64,000 bases of DNA. It comes from the human T2T-CHM13v2.0 reference genome, Homo sapiens. The stretch lies in assembly GCF_009914755.1 (NCBI RefSeq), contig NC_060925.1; one strand, given 5' to 3'. A program made the position numbers and the translations under genes. The notes under the pieces were generated by a model that made no database searches, had not been told where the DNA came from, and saw only the letters and a program-made list of their open reading frames with translations. Numbering within the stretch: position 1 is the first letter of the stretch; every line of letters begins with the position of its first letter. Shown here in pieces: positions 42,105 through 53,800 of the stretch.

Positions 42105-43650
42105 TTAATGAAAACTAATCATTATGATGATTGGACTGGAAATCTATCTCTCCTACAAATTTTTCAATAAAACAAAGCCAATAAAGTTTGGGTTTTTTTT
42201 TTCCATTCAGCTCAATGCATTTGTAAGAAAATTCAGATGATTGGATTGACTATACGCAACGACAAAAATGTCGGTTTAAAAATGTGTTATTTGTATGCAT
42301 TGGCATTCCTTCCAGCTGATGAAATTTCAGGAGCTTTTAATGAATTAAAGCCACATTGCCCTGAAGAAGTCAGCAAAGTTACTGACTGCTTCAAAAGTAA
42401 TTGTGTACTGTAGGATGAGAAGACACTTACACAATGGTGTTGTTCTTCAATCATCAGTATTGTTTCTGCCAAATTCATAGTCTGTATATAAGAGCACGTG
42501 GAATGGATTTCTGTGTACCCAAAACAATATAGAAGTATGGCACAGCAGATAGGAAAACGTAATCGAGAATGCTCGTGTTGGTGTATATCAAATCAAACAA
42601 GAATTTCAAAACAAGTGGTGCCATGTAGAAAATGAATATAAACATATTCTCTGAGGAGAACCATACTCTAAAAGAAAAAGAGCAGCTATTCATTGCAATA
42701 CAAGATATCAAAATATGGTTAATGATCATGAAAGCCAGCCAACTCTGGACTACCTCTGTGCAATTGCCCATAATCTATCCTTGTAATACATTTCTCTATA
42801 GGTCAGATTTCTCTTTCAGTTTTTGGTTGGTTTTTTTTGTTTGTTTGTTTTGGTTTTTTGGTTTTGATTTTTCCTTTTTAAAAGTTTTTCTGCTATTTTG
42901 AATTGTCAGCATTATTTTTTACAATTTTCTGTGCTATGAATTTCATCTTTGCATCATTACCAATACTAAAGGTATAAACCACCTAAGACTTATAGAGATT
43001 TCTGATTCATTTTATGCATTTTTTGCATATTTGGCTCCATGAAAGTATATTACCACCACATTGGCTATGTGTATAAACATTGTGCACATACATAAAAACA
43101 TTAAAACTTCTGCAGTAAATGAAAAGATGTCCTGTTTTTACATTTACATTTGGCTTTTTGAACAACTGTATATGCGGTGGTGAACCATCACAGTTTTTGA
43201 CCAATCTCATCAAAAGATTTCCATTGTCCATTATGATATTTTAGTGACTGCAGTAATAAAGCTGAGTGCACACAACTATAAACCATAATTATATAAATTT
43301 ACACATTTCCTTTTTGACCTGTTTCTTTATGACTACTGTTCATCTGCTCATAACTGTTATACCCATGTGACTGCCATTAGTATATCTGAGCATTTATGTT
43401 TCCAAAAATATCTATGTTGTTATTACTTATTTTATTGTGTAAAGTGGCCTATGAAGTGTTCTGTCATATTTTTATGTGTTTTCAAATAAATTCCATTTAA
43501 AAAAATGTAAATCAATATCTCTTAAATACTTTTTAAAATTATTTTTTCCAGAATTATATTCTTGAGGTCATGCTCTTTCGGGATTTCAATATTCAGAAAT
43601 TAAAAATTATGGTGTTTGGGATGTATCTTTCAAGTTTCTAATTGGCTCCC
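42105..43650 (+). mobile_element. Ricksha-type MULE/MuDR DNA transposon, 3' half with decayed transposase and right TIR
   Basis: 42198-42786 translates (with a frameshift and stops) to FFHSAQCICKKIQMIGL..ALAFLPADEISGAF..TQNNIEVWH..DYLCAIAHNLSL*. The end region tttcgggatttcaatattc..attatggtgtttgggat..ttggctccc resembles the recalled Ricksha TIR. Confidence 0.82.
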
Positions 43651-43664
43651 AACTCACAGTGATC

Positions 43665-43865
43665 TATCACAAGCAGTGCTAATCCACAAATAGATTTTGT
43701 TTTGTTTGCGTAGTGTTTAAAATTTTGCATTTTAATTTCCGTAGATAAGGCATATTCTGCTAAGGTTGACACAGTCCCTCCTACTTTATGTTATTATATA
43801 CAAGGTTTATTTCACTACTTTTTATTTCCTGCCTTGCTCCTGAAAACACTGGAGTTTGTAATCAT
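43665..43865. mobile_element. MER102-like hAT-Charlie fragment
   Basis: cacagtccctcctact..tttcact..cctgccttgctcctg..ggagtttg. Confidence 0.5.
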
Positions 43866-44214
43866 GGGAACAAGAGGACAAGGAAAACACAATTCCTTGA
43901 ATGACACAACAGTTCAGTAGAGAAACAAAATCTGAAGAAAGTAATTTGGATCCTAACAGGATAACCAGATAGATATTTTCTAGCAGATCCAAATGAATAG
44001 ACAAAGGTGATGAAAAGCATGTAGTACAACAGAAAAGTGAATAAAATGAAGAGTAAATATAAGACACTGAGAAAACTGTTGGGAGGATATTGGTGAAACT
44101 TGAGAAAGAAATTTCAGATTTTGAAGGAAGGGGGCATATTCTGAGGGATAAAGAGTGCGTACAATGAGGTAAATAGAAAGAGTGAGTATAGGTAGACAAC
44201 TTCAATAATACTCA

Positions 44215-44720
44215 GGCAGACATGCCCAGAGCTTTTCAATCACACTGAAATTTACAACTATATATCCAACTATCTACTCAGCATTTTTTATGCAAAGTAT
44301 TTCACTCAAAATATCTCTCATCTCAGCTAATTGAAACTTCATCTTTCCATTTGCACAGACCAAAGTCCTTGGATTCGTGCTTGGCTCCTTCCAGCACAAT
44401 ATCTTCAGCATCCAACCACTTCTTAATACTTCTTCTCCTATTGGCATAGTTTGAGCAATTGTCATCTTTTACTTAGTACTAAAAACAACTCACTAAGTTG
44501 TCTGCCTACCTCTTTCCTTCTTTTCTTTCCTCTGTACATTTACAATGAGACAGCCAAAGAGATTATTTTAAATGCAAAATTAGATCAGGTTATTCCTCTC
44601 TTGACAATTCTCAAATGGCTTAAATTTCACTCCAAGTCAAAGTCAAAGCCTTTACAATGGATTACAAAGCCATGATCTACCCTCTTACCCCTTGACCACA
44701 TCTCCCACTACTCTCCTAGG
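44215..44720 (+). mobile_element. L2 fragment (an opposite-strand L2 piece lies just upstream)
   Basis: tatatccaactatctactcagcat..acagccaaagagattattttaaatgcaaaattagatcagg..caaagcctttacaatgg. Confidence 0.75.
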
Positions 44721-44972
44721 ACCCAGATTTCTTTTATTATTTTACTTTTATCTTACACTACTTGGAAAGGGGGAGATAATAACTGGGGAGATCAAAATTT
44801 TGGAGAAATCAAATGCACAGATGTTGAAGTTATCAAGAATAATACAGATAGCAATAGTGAAGAAGCAGGTGTTCAGGCAAGTACTAGAGTCTCCAGAGAG
44901 CAGGGGCAGCAAACAGGGTGCTGATAGACTATAGCAATAAAAAATGAGCAAGTTTGATTGATCTTTGGTTTA

Positions 44973-45397
44973 TGTGTTAGGATGGGTTCCTGAAACACAG
45001 ACTTCGGAATGGATATTTCTGTGCAGGAAATCTATTGAAGTGTGCACTTAAGATGAGCATCTGTGACCAAGAAAAGGAAGCAGGATTGGGCAGAGGGAGG
45101 AATGGAATAGCAATCCTCAGAAGTCAGAACAAAGGTCTCTACCCGACCCAATCCACTAGGAAACTATGATACTGAAGTGGCGCCTCAGAATTGTCTCACC
45201 TTGAGGAAAGTGAATTGGTCCCCTCTGTCCATCATCATTGGCTGTGGTATGGGAAAGGGCATAGTTTTGAATGCTCTTTGGCTAAAGGCAATTCTTAGAG
45301 AGGGATTCAGCTGAAAGTCATCACCTATCACTAGTCCTGGCAACTTGGAAAATGATTTCTCCCTGGAATCTAGGTGGTTCATCCAACATCTGTTACA
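44973..45397 (-). mobile_element. LTR16-like ERVL solo LTR
   Basis: TG..aggatgggttcctgaaacacagact..aggaagcaggattgggcagagggag..tcagaattgtc..catctgttaCA. Confidence 0.7.
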
Positions 45398-45418
45398 GCT
45401 TGCTGGAAAAAAAGGCTA

Positions 45419-45677
45419 TTTTTTTTTTTTTTTTTTTTAGAGATGGGGGCTTACTCTGTTGCCCAGGCTGGAGTGTAATGGCATGATCATAGCTCACTGC
45501 AGTACTGCAGCCTTCAACTCTCAGGTTCAAGCAATCCTCCTGGCTTCAGCTAATTAAAAAAATTTATTTATAGGATCTTGCTGTGTTGTCCAGGCTTTTC
45601 TCAACTCCTAGTGTCAAGCAATTCTCCAGCCTCAGTCTCCCAAATAGCTGGGATTATGGTTGTGAGTCACTGTACAC
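45419..45677 (-). mobile_element. AluJ with an internal deletion
   Basis: gatcatagctcactgcag. The sequence jumps cttcagc|taatt, missing roughly 40 bp of one arm. Confidence 0.85.
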
Positions 45678-45929
45678 ACTTGTTTTTTTTAAAGGAAAAG
45701 GAACAATTAGTGTAATAAGTCATTTGGAGAAATGAGGACACTAATTTGCCTTATAAGACATGTAGTATTGCATTAAGGGATTTAAAAAACAACAACAACA
45801 AAACCTTCAACGTGGCCTGTGTGGGAATCAGGGTCCTCCAAGGACAGCCAGGTATGACTTTTTTAAAAATGTATAGAATATTTGAAAATAATTTGAGAAA
45901 ATGCTAGAGTTTTATGAAGAAAGACCTTA

Positions 45930-46110
45930 ATTTATAGAAGGTGGAAATGTGGATTCAAATTATTATATAGTCAGTGAAATATGTGGGGATACTTCTGTAC
46001 AATCACCACATATTAGCTGAGATTTTGGGCCATACACTTAACCTACTTGAACCTCAGAATACTCATTGTAAAATTGGGTTAAAGAGAGCTGCCGGATAGT
46101 TTTTTGATTG
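45930..46110 (+). mobile_element. MIR
   Basis: tattagctgagattttgggc..cacttaacct..gaacctcag..ctcattgtaaaattggg. Confidence 0.6.
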
Positions 46111-49100
46111 TTTGTTTTTGTTTACTTTTTAATGTCTTTTTTTTTTCCTATTTCTTTTCTTTTTTTTTTTCCTCTTACTGTGTGGGAAGATGTAAGAGCA
46201 GTATCAATAATAGAAATATTGTTAGTATTGATATATAATAGCTATGACTTTCTTTGATACTTAAATAGTTCTCATAAATTATCATTCATATATAATGTCA
46301 TTTTCAATTTCTCTAATCATGATACTGTGTGTCATACTTTTTTGCATTGTGATATTTGTTTTATATATCATATTTTTCCCAATATGTTACAAGCTCTTAG
46401 GAAACAGGAACTTTTACTTTTCTGTGCTTCTTTATTACCTAATCCATGCTAATGCTTTCAATCAATTGTTTTACTAATAGCAATTCTTTTACTACCCCTG
46501 GGGAAAACTTGGGAAAATTACCTTTTACATTCTCAATTTCCCCCATTTAATGATACCTATTGTGCAGGGTTTCTGTAAAATAATTTTAAATGTCTTGCAC
46601 GGTATCAGGTACATATTAAATATTATGTGTTTGTTCTCATCTCTTCTATATTCCATTCAATAAATAATTGTTGAGGGTGGAAATGACTATTACTTAATGT
46701 CTAATTAGCATCTGAGAGAGCACAGACAATGGGTAAAGAGGATATGACAAAAGGAGTCTAAAGGAAAAAGCTGCTATAACATGTCCCCATTTTATTAGAT
46801 AGAAAGGAGTATATGATAGCAAGACATGGTTAGTTTTGGTGTCATATGATATTTTTCGTTATTCCCAAAATCACCGTATTTACTATATCCATGGATGTTT
46901 TCCATAATTGAACAATTATTTTATATATAGGAGTGTATTTGAAGAAAGCTGCTCTATTGTAGGATAATCATCCAAAGTTTTGTCTCAGTAATAGCTTCCT
47001 CTTCACCTGTTCCAAATCGTGAAAGCTGTGACAGGTCGCTTTGACACAAGCTTTCTGTCTTTGGAACCAAGTGGTGAGAGCAATCCTGTTCCTTCAGTAG
47101 GAGAAAGCGAGCATCGCCTGCTGGTGAGGTGGGTTAGCAGCTCTGGTGCTCTAAAGCACAGAAGTTCTCTCCAGACTGCAGCTGAAGCAGACTAAAGTGA
47201 GAAATCCATTATAATAACCTGCTTTCTGAGGAAAGGGGATTACAGGTAATTTTCTTTTATTCCCTAGTAACAGGGTTTTAATACAGTGCTGAGACAGTAG
47301 TTGAAAATCAAATACCTCATTGAATTAAGGTGAAAAACAGACGAATTGTCTCATTCCTTTCTCAAGGCTTTGAAAATGTGGAAGTTAGAATTTTTTTTTT
47401 TTTCTGAGTAAATTTTGAACATCAGGTTTGCTTCCATATCTAGAAAGCACATTTTCCTCCTGGCCTGATTGACTATGAATAATTGTAAATTCTACGACAT
47501 TCATGTTAATAGGGTTTTGATAATAGAAAGCTTGAAAATGACCCATACTTGGAAACACACATGCCAGTGAGCGTACACCTTGCAGTCACAAATTTATCAT
47601 GTCTATCAGTGAATTCCTTTTTCTGAGATGAGGCTGAAGAAATTCAGGAAAACTGTAGCAGAGATGTGGTTTTTGTACTCTTGTCCCTTTTCTGTGCTGG
47701 TTTGCCTGCTGATTGGTGACTGTGGCTACAATCAAAAAAGTATAGTCTCTCAGACAACTCTCTCCTTGTTGGCTTGTGGTCAATATAGAAAATGTTTGTT
47801 TCTAGAATGATAATTAGGCAGCCTGTGCTGTTGGCTCCCACAGATGAACAGCCTAAATTTCCTGAAATTCTCTTTATGCCAACCCCTTGAAACTCATTCA
47901 GTATAGATAGGATGGTGTACTAGAAATATTGCTGGACCAGGAAACATATCCAACTTCTCCATATGCAAAGAAAATCACATATCCTTTCTGAGCCTTAACA
48001 TTTTCATTTTAAAAATTAGAGAACTTATTTTAGATAACCATGACAGTCCAGACCGGTTCTACAATTCGGTTACACACACAAACACACATACTCACACTCA
48101 CCTTCACTAACAGACAGTAGCTCCTTCAGAGTATGGTTTGTAAGTTCCCAGCACATAGAAGATAATCAATAAATATTTGTTGAGTAACTGAGAGGAATCT
48201 GGGCCTGTGTATTTTGTTAAATAGCAGACTTTACTGGATACTAAAAGCAACTCATTTTTTTCCAAGTGTTATTTGTAGGCTTCGGTGTTTTGTGCATAAT
48301 TTCAGATCTATTGCAAGGTGGAATGTTGATATATTAAACCCTGAAAATGGGTTTCTAATGGAAAAACCAATTGACCATTAAGTAGAGTGGTGTTAGCGGC
48401 ATCTCCTCTAATGGTACATTTATAATGAATAGCTGATTAGCACCATGCTGTGATTAAAGAGAGGTGAATAGCCTTCTATTTTATCCCCTTCTGAGGACTT
48501 GTGCTCAATGCTAAATTGTTTTGAAGCCCAGCTTTGTGTTACTTCTGATTTTGCTGAGCGAGTAGAAACCTAAAATTATGTGGTTTTCATAAGAATTTAC
48601 TCAGCTCATCTTTCCTAACAATGCCAACGCACAGTGTTTTATTGGGGGATCGCATAACGTAAATATGGAATAAAATCAAATTTTTAAAAGAAAATAGCAT
48701 AAACTCAAGGTTAAATAGAAAGATCCTCATAGATAAGAAAAATTAATCAAGGGCAAATAATATTATCTACTTGTACAGGACAGTGAACATCTAACACAAC
48801 AGAAGTGAAAATTCTGATCACACTGTAGGACAGCAGGGGAGAAAACATTAACATCATAGATGGGCAAAAAAGCACATGGGATTTTGCAGGAACATGTCTC
48901 TGTCACTGGTGAAAGTTAAATTAACTGGGTAAAAGCTTCTGAGTACAGAATTTCTCCCTATGAGTTTTGAAGGGACAAAAATGAGGAGAAAGAGGGTTGT
49001 CTCAAATGTATGGGCAGACTTTATTTCTGCTTGTGAATTCCAGCATAAATCAAAAAGGCAATAGAAGCTGATTGAAGTGGAACTAAAGCCAGATGGTGAC

Positions 49101-50610
49101 ACAAAGGAGGGAAGGGTCCTCAGCTGGCACTCACTACTGCCCAACCATGCCATGATGACAACGCAGGGAGTTGTTGGAAGAAGAAATACTGTTTTTCTCC
49201 CTGTCAAATGCAATTTCAATCATGGCTGACTTAAGGCATATTACAGTTTAGTGGAATTTCCAATGTATTATTTATGTGGATTTGTAAATTACATTCATTT
49301 CCTTATAATACATAAAGGCAGTATTAAAATTTCACTAAACTTGTCTCTCATATGAGATAACACATATTATTACTAATATTTACCGGCATCATTTTCCTTA
49401 ATCACCAGAGACAGAATAACAGCTGGGGATTGTCTTTAATCTGCTAAATATGATATCAAATACAAATGCATAATCTTCAGAATTATTTCTTCAGTTTCTA
49501 AAACAAGAATATAAACATGAGTTATCATCTGTCACAATAGCTTTAAGCGATGAAGCCCTTGCAATTGATCAAAATTAAACTATTCAGCAAAATTATAATA
49601 AAGGAGAGTATATGATAAAAAGATCCCTGTGTATCCTGAATATTTCACAGCTATAATGAAATTTGCCTGGGGGTAATACAGTATATTTCATGATGTCACC
49701 AAGGTTCTCTAATATCTATATCCCTGGGGCTAGAAATTAGGCCTGAAACTAGTAGAGCTGTTGAAGTTTCAGTGGCAGAAATTCACTAGCAACACAGATA
49801 TAAAGTCTATGGACATGTTTATCTTCTTAGAAATAGTTAATAGCGTGCCAAGTAGGTGGTCTTCAATCAATGATGCCTTCTTTATGCAAAAAAAGAAAAC
49901 AAATACAAATATATATAGGATAGAGGAGGCAGAGAGCCAATGAAGAATTAAAGTTTAAATGCATACATCACTTTTCTTTTACTGCTCAAATGACAGATCC
50001 TTGTGTTATTGTATGGCGAAACATCTACCCACTGAGGAGAGTTGGGTAGTTGTATGAACATATCAATGTTTCCATGGCTAGTAATTGAAGTATCTTCAAT
50101 ACTTGAAATATAGAATACAAAGCTGAGCATTTGATAGGCTCTTCTTGATTCCAAGGAATAAAGCCAATGGCTAAATCTTCCACCAATAAATTGCAAAAGT
50201 ACCTGGGGGAGTAACAGCATCATGAACCACCCACACTTCCATGCCTCTCAAGAAATCAGCTAGGTTTTATCACGACTAAAATGCATTTCTAGAACTAGAA
50301 TGAGCATTCAGGACACTATACAGGACTCAACAAAGTTACCTTGTTGGTAACCTCTCTGCCACTTTCAGTGATTCTCTACAATAGTTTCATCATGTGTTGC
50401 AAGAATATTCTTTTTCTATGATCCTTGATTCAACTATATTCTATCGGAATTTGGTGATTAGTGCATTTACCAATATTTACTGAGTACTCTTTCCTATGAA
50501 CTGGGGATTCTTAAAAGCAAGACAGACATAGCCCCTACCCTTATGAAGCTCAGAGTCCAGTGGGGAAGAAAAGTATTAAATACAATTCACAGTTAAGATA
50601 ATGCTACAAG

Positions 50611-51068
50611 TCAATTCGTAATTGCAAAAATATGAAAACAGCCTAAATGCCCATCCACCGATGAGTGGATAAAGAAAATATGGTAAATATACACCATGAA
50701 ATACAACTTGGCCATAAAAAAGAAAGAAAGAATGACATTCGCAGCAACCTGGATGGAGTAGGAGACCATTATTCTAGTGAGGTAACTCAGAAATAGAAAA
50801 ACAAATATCATATGTCCTCACTTGTAAATGGACCAAAGCTATGAAGATGCAAAGGCATAAGAATGATATAGTGGACTTTGGGCACTCAAGGGGAATGGTG
50901 GGAGGGGGGTGAGGGATAAAAGACTACACATTGGGTACAATGTACACTGCTCAGGTGACAGTGCACCAAAATCTCAGAAATTACCACTGAAGAACTTATC
51001 CATGTAACCAAAAACCACCTGTTCCCCAAAAACTATTAAAATAAAATAAAATAAGTGCATGAAAAAAT
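50611..51068 (+). mobile_element. L1PB 3' end inserted into an antisense L2 fragment
   Basis: gatgcaaaggcataagaatgatatagtggactttgg..caccaaaatctcagaaattaccactgaagaact. 13-bp TSD ATAATGCTACAAG at 50598-610 and 51069-81. Confidence 0.92.
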
Positions 51069-51599
51069 ATAATGCTACAAGAGAAAAGTATAGACCGTTA
51101 TAAGAGCAAGTAACAGGTGATTTTACCTTGTGTTTCCTACTTAATTCTACTTATTTATGCTTCCTACTATCTCATAGGTCCTGCTTACACTCATCTCTTA
51201 GTGGGCCCTACTTTAGATGCTATCTATTAACCATGACTCATTATTCTGTCACAGAGGAATTGATTGATTGATTTGATCACTATCAACTTAGAGCATCTGC
51301 TTTGGGAAGAGCAAATATTGCCAGGATGTCTAAAGAATCACTGAAAAAATATAAGATTTCTGTCTCTGCAAAAGTCACTCATTCATTTGTGTCTAAGGTA
51401 AAGGTGACATATATTTAAAACGTGAGTATCTATTTATAAAGAACTCCCTGGAAGGAGTATAGGTGCAGCAGGGATTTTGAGTCTTCCATTTGAAACACAT
51501 AGGTATCTCACACGACTTAACCAATACTGGCATACAAACATCTTGTTCATCTTATAATAGTTTCCTATCTTGAGAAAATTCCCTTACAGACTACAAGAG

Positions 51600-52220
51600 T
51601 CCATTTAGTACACAAAAATCACATATAATTTGAACAGGAAAGTATAATATTAAGAAGTATTAAATTGGTAAAAGAGGATTCAGTTCTAAAAAGGAATGGA
51701 GAACTCTAAAGGATGTAGGCATAACAGAGTTAGAAAACATCACTATCTTTCGAGCTGAGGGAAAGAACCCAAGGAAAGATCTAACATGCTAGTGAGCTCC
51801 TCCCACCTTCCATCACAGAGCTGAGCTTCAGACTCTGATAGAGGGATGTGGCTGAGGTCCCCTTGGGTGGCAGAGAAGTTCACTGAGATGCCGCAGTAAA
51901 CCACCCCTGAGATGCAGGTAAAACTCACTAGGAATCCATTTAATGTGGTAGCCATGAAAGCCACTGAGAAATTGTTTGCCCTGATGTGAGGAAACAGCCT
52001 GCTGTAATGCTGTAGTGCTGGGAAGTTTCACTGGAAGCAGCTAGAGTATAGTGGTGAAACTCACTAGGGAGCCACACTGGAGTGTCCCTCTAGAATGTTT
52101 AGCATCACTGGGCAGCTGGCAAAGAAAAAAGGTGGCAGAATCCAGTACCAGCATCATAAAGCATGGAAAAAGGGGGTAGATTTGAAGTTGAGAGATATTT
52201 AAATTGATAATGGGCATATA
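51600..52220 (-). mobile_element. Old ERVL-class LTR (family uncertain)
   Basis: Ends cagcatcataaagc..ggtagatttgaagttgagagata..taatgggcata, like recalled LTR40/41-type termini. Confidence 0.4.
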
Positions 52221-52641
52221 CTCGTATTTAGAGTTGAAATTTTAGCTTTTTTGTTACCATGGTTTTCAATTATCCTGATGACTTCAGTGATTCTCTGATG
52301 AAAATCAGTCATTATATTTGTGCTTACATCTAGAAGGTGTTTATTGCAAAATTATTTATTCAAACTAATAATATCTAATACAACTCCATCTGAGAAAACA
52401 TAATGATGAATTCAACTATTTTATAACATGCTTGTTCACATATGAATTTATTAGATGTATACACCCTAGGAAAAATTTGTTAGTGCAATTTAACTGAATA
52501 GTTATTCACTACCTATTATGTACAAATCTCTTTAAAAAGATGCAAAGATTTCAAGATGATACTGTCCTCCTGATTGTATAAGATAAATTCATACAAAAAT
52601 AACTTTCACAGTCCAAATTTTTACATTATTTTATTCAGTCA

Positions 52642-52996
52642 TGATATGGTTTGGCTGTATCTCCACCAAAATCTCAATTTGAATTGTATCTTCCAGAATT
52701 TCCACGTGTTGTGGGAGGGACCCAGAGGGAAGTAATTGAATCATGGGGGCCGGTCTTTCCCGTGCTATTCTCGTGATAGTGAATAAGTCTCATGAGATCT
52801 GATGGGTTTATCACGGGTTTCCGATTTTGCTTCTTCCTCATTTTTATCTTGTTGCCGCCATGTGAGAAGTGCCTTTCACCTCCTGCCATGATTCTGTGGC
52901 CTCCCCAGCCATGTGGAACTATAAGTCCAATTAAACCTCTTTTTGTTCCTGGTTTTGGCTATGTCTTTATCAGCAACATGAAAACAAACTAATACA
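52642..52996 (+). mobile_element. THE1A MaLR solo LTR
   Basis: TGATATGGTTTGGCTGT...AACTAATACA, 355 bp, perfect 5-bp TSD AGTCA (52637-41 and 52997-53001). Confidence 0.95.
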
Positions 52997-53289
52997 AGTC
53001 ATTTGACACACATTGTTTGGTTGCCGACCATGAGCATGTAATTGAGTATAGTAACAAATTATAAAGGCATTAGGGAGTTCCCTGGAGGTCTCAGAGATTG
53101 GTTATAAAATTTGGGATTTAAATTATGCTTTGAAGTATGAAATTATTCTTCAGTAGCTAAATTTGAAGGATAGAAAATGAGCAGGCAACATAGAGATAGC
53201 CATTTGAGCAAAGTAGAGTGTAGAAATTCTTTCATTTATTATATTCAAATCATAATTTAGCTTTGATATCTGTTTACATATTTATTAAA

Positions 53290-53446
53290 AATTGGGACAA
53301 ACCCTTGCTATATTGCCCAGGCTGGAGTGCAGTGGCTATTCACAGGCACATAGCTCACTGCAGCCTCAAACTCCTGGCCTCAAGGGATCCTCCCGTTTCA
53401 GCTTCCTGAGTAGCTGGGACTCCAGGTACCTGCCACTGTGCCCAGC
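53290..53446 (-). mobile_element. FAM (fossil Alu monomer)
   Basis: Monomer retaining the 7SL-type segment gtgcagtggctattcacaggc. Confidence 0.82.
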
Positions 53447-53469
53447 TGTATCTTTTATCTAAATATTAA

Positions 53470-53800
53470 TAGGTTCCCTTCCCTCTTCTCTCTACCTTAC
53501 AGTTTTCATACACACTATAGGTAAATTAATCTTTGCACAAGGAAGTTTAGATTGTATCTTTATTGCTCGCCATCTCAATGCCTTCAAATCCCTGCACGAT
53601 GAAAAGAATAAATGCTTCCTGGTTTTCAAGGCCCTCTGTGGTGAAGCCTCAAACTCACTTTTCAACTTGTCCTTCCACAACTCTCCAATGCTCAACTCAA
53701 CTAATTTACCTTAAGTGTCATTGTTCAAATGCACTTCAGCTGGAATACTCCTTGCAACTCTATCCAAACCCATCCTAAAAGTTAAGATTTCCATAACGAT
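53470..53800 (+). mobile_element. L2 fragment
   Basis: ctcaatgccttc..gaataaatgcttcctggttttcaaggccct..gctggaatactcctt. Confidence 0.55.
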
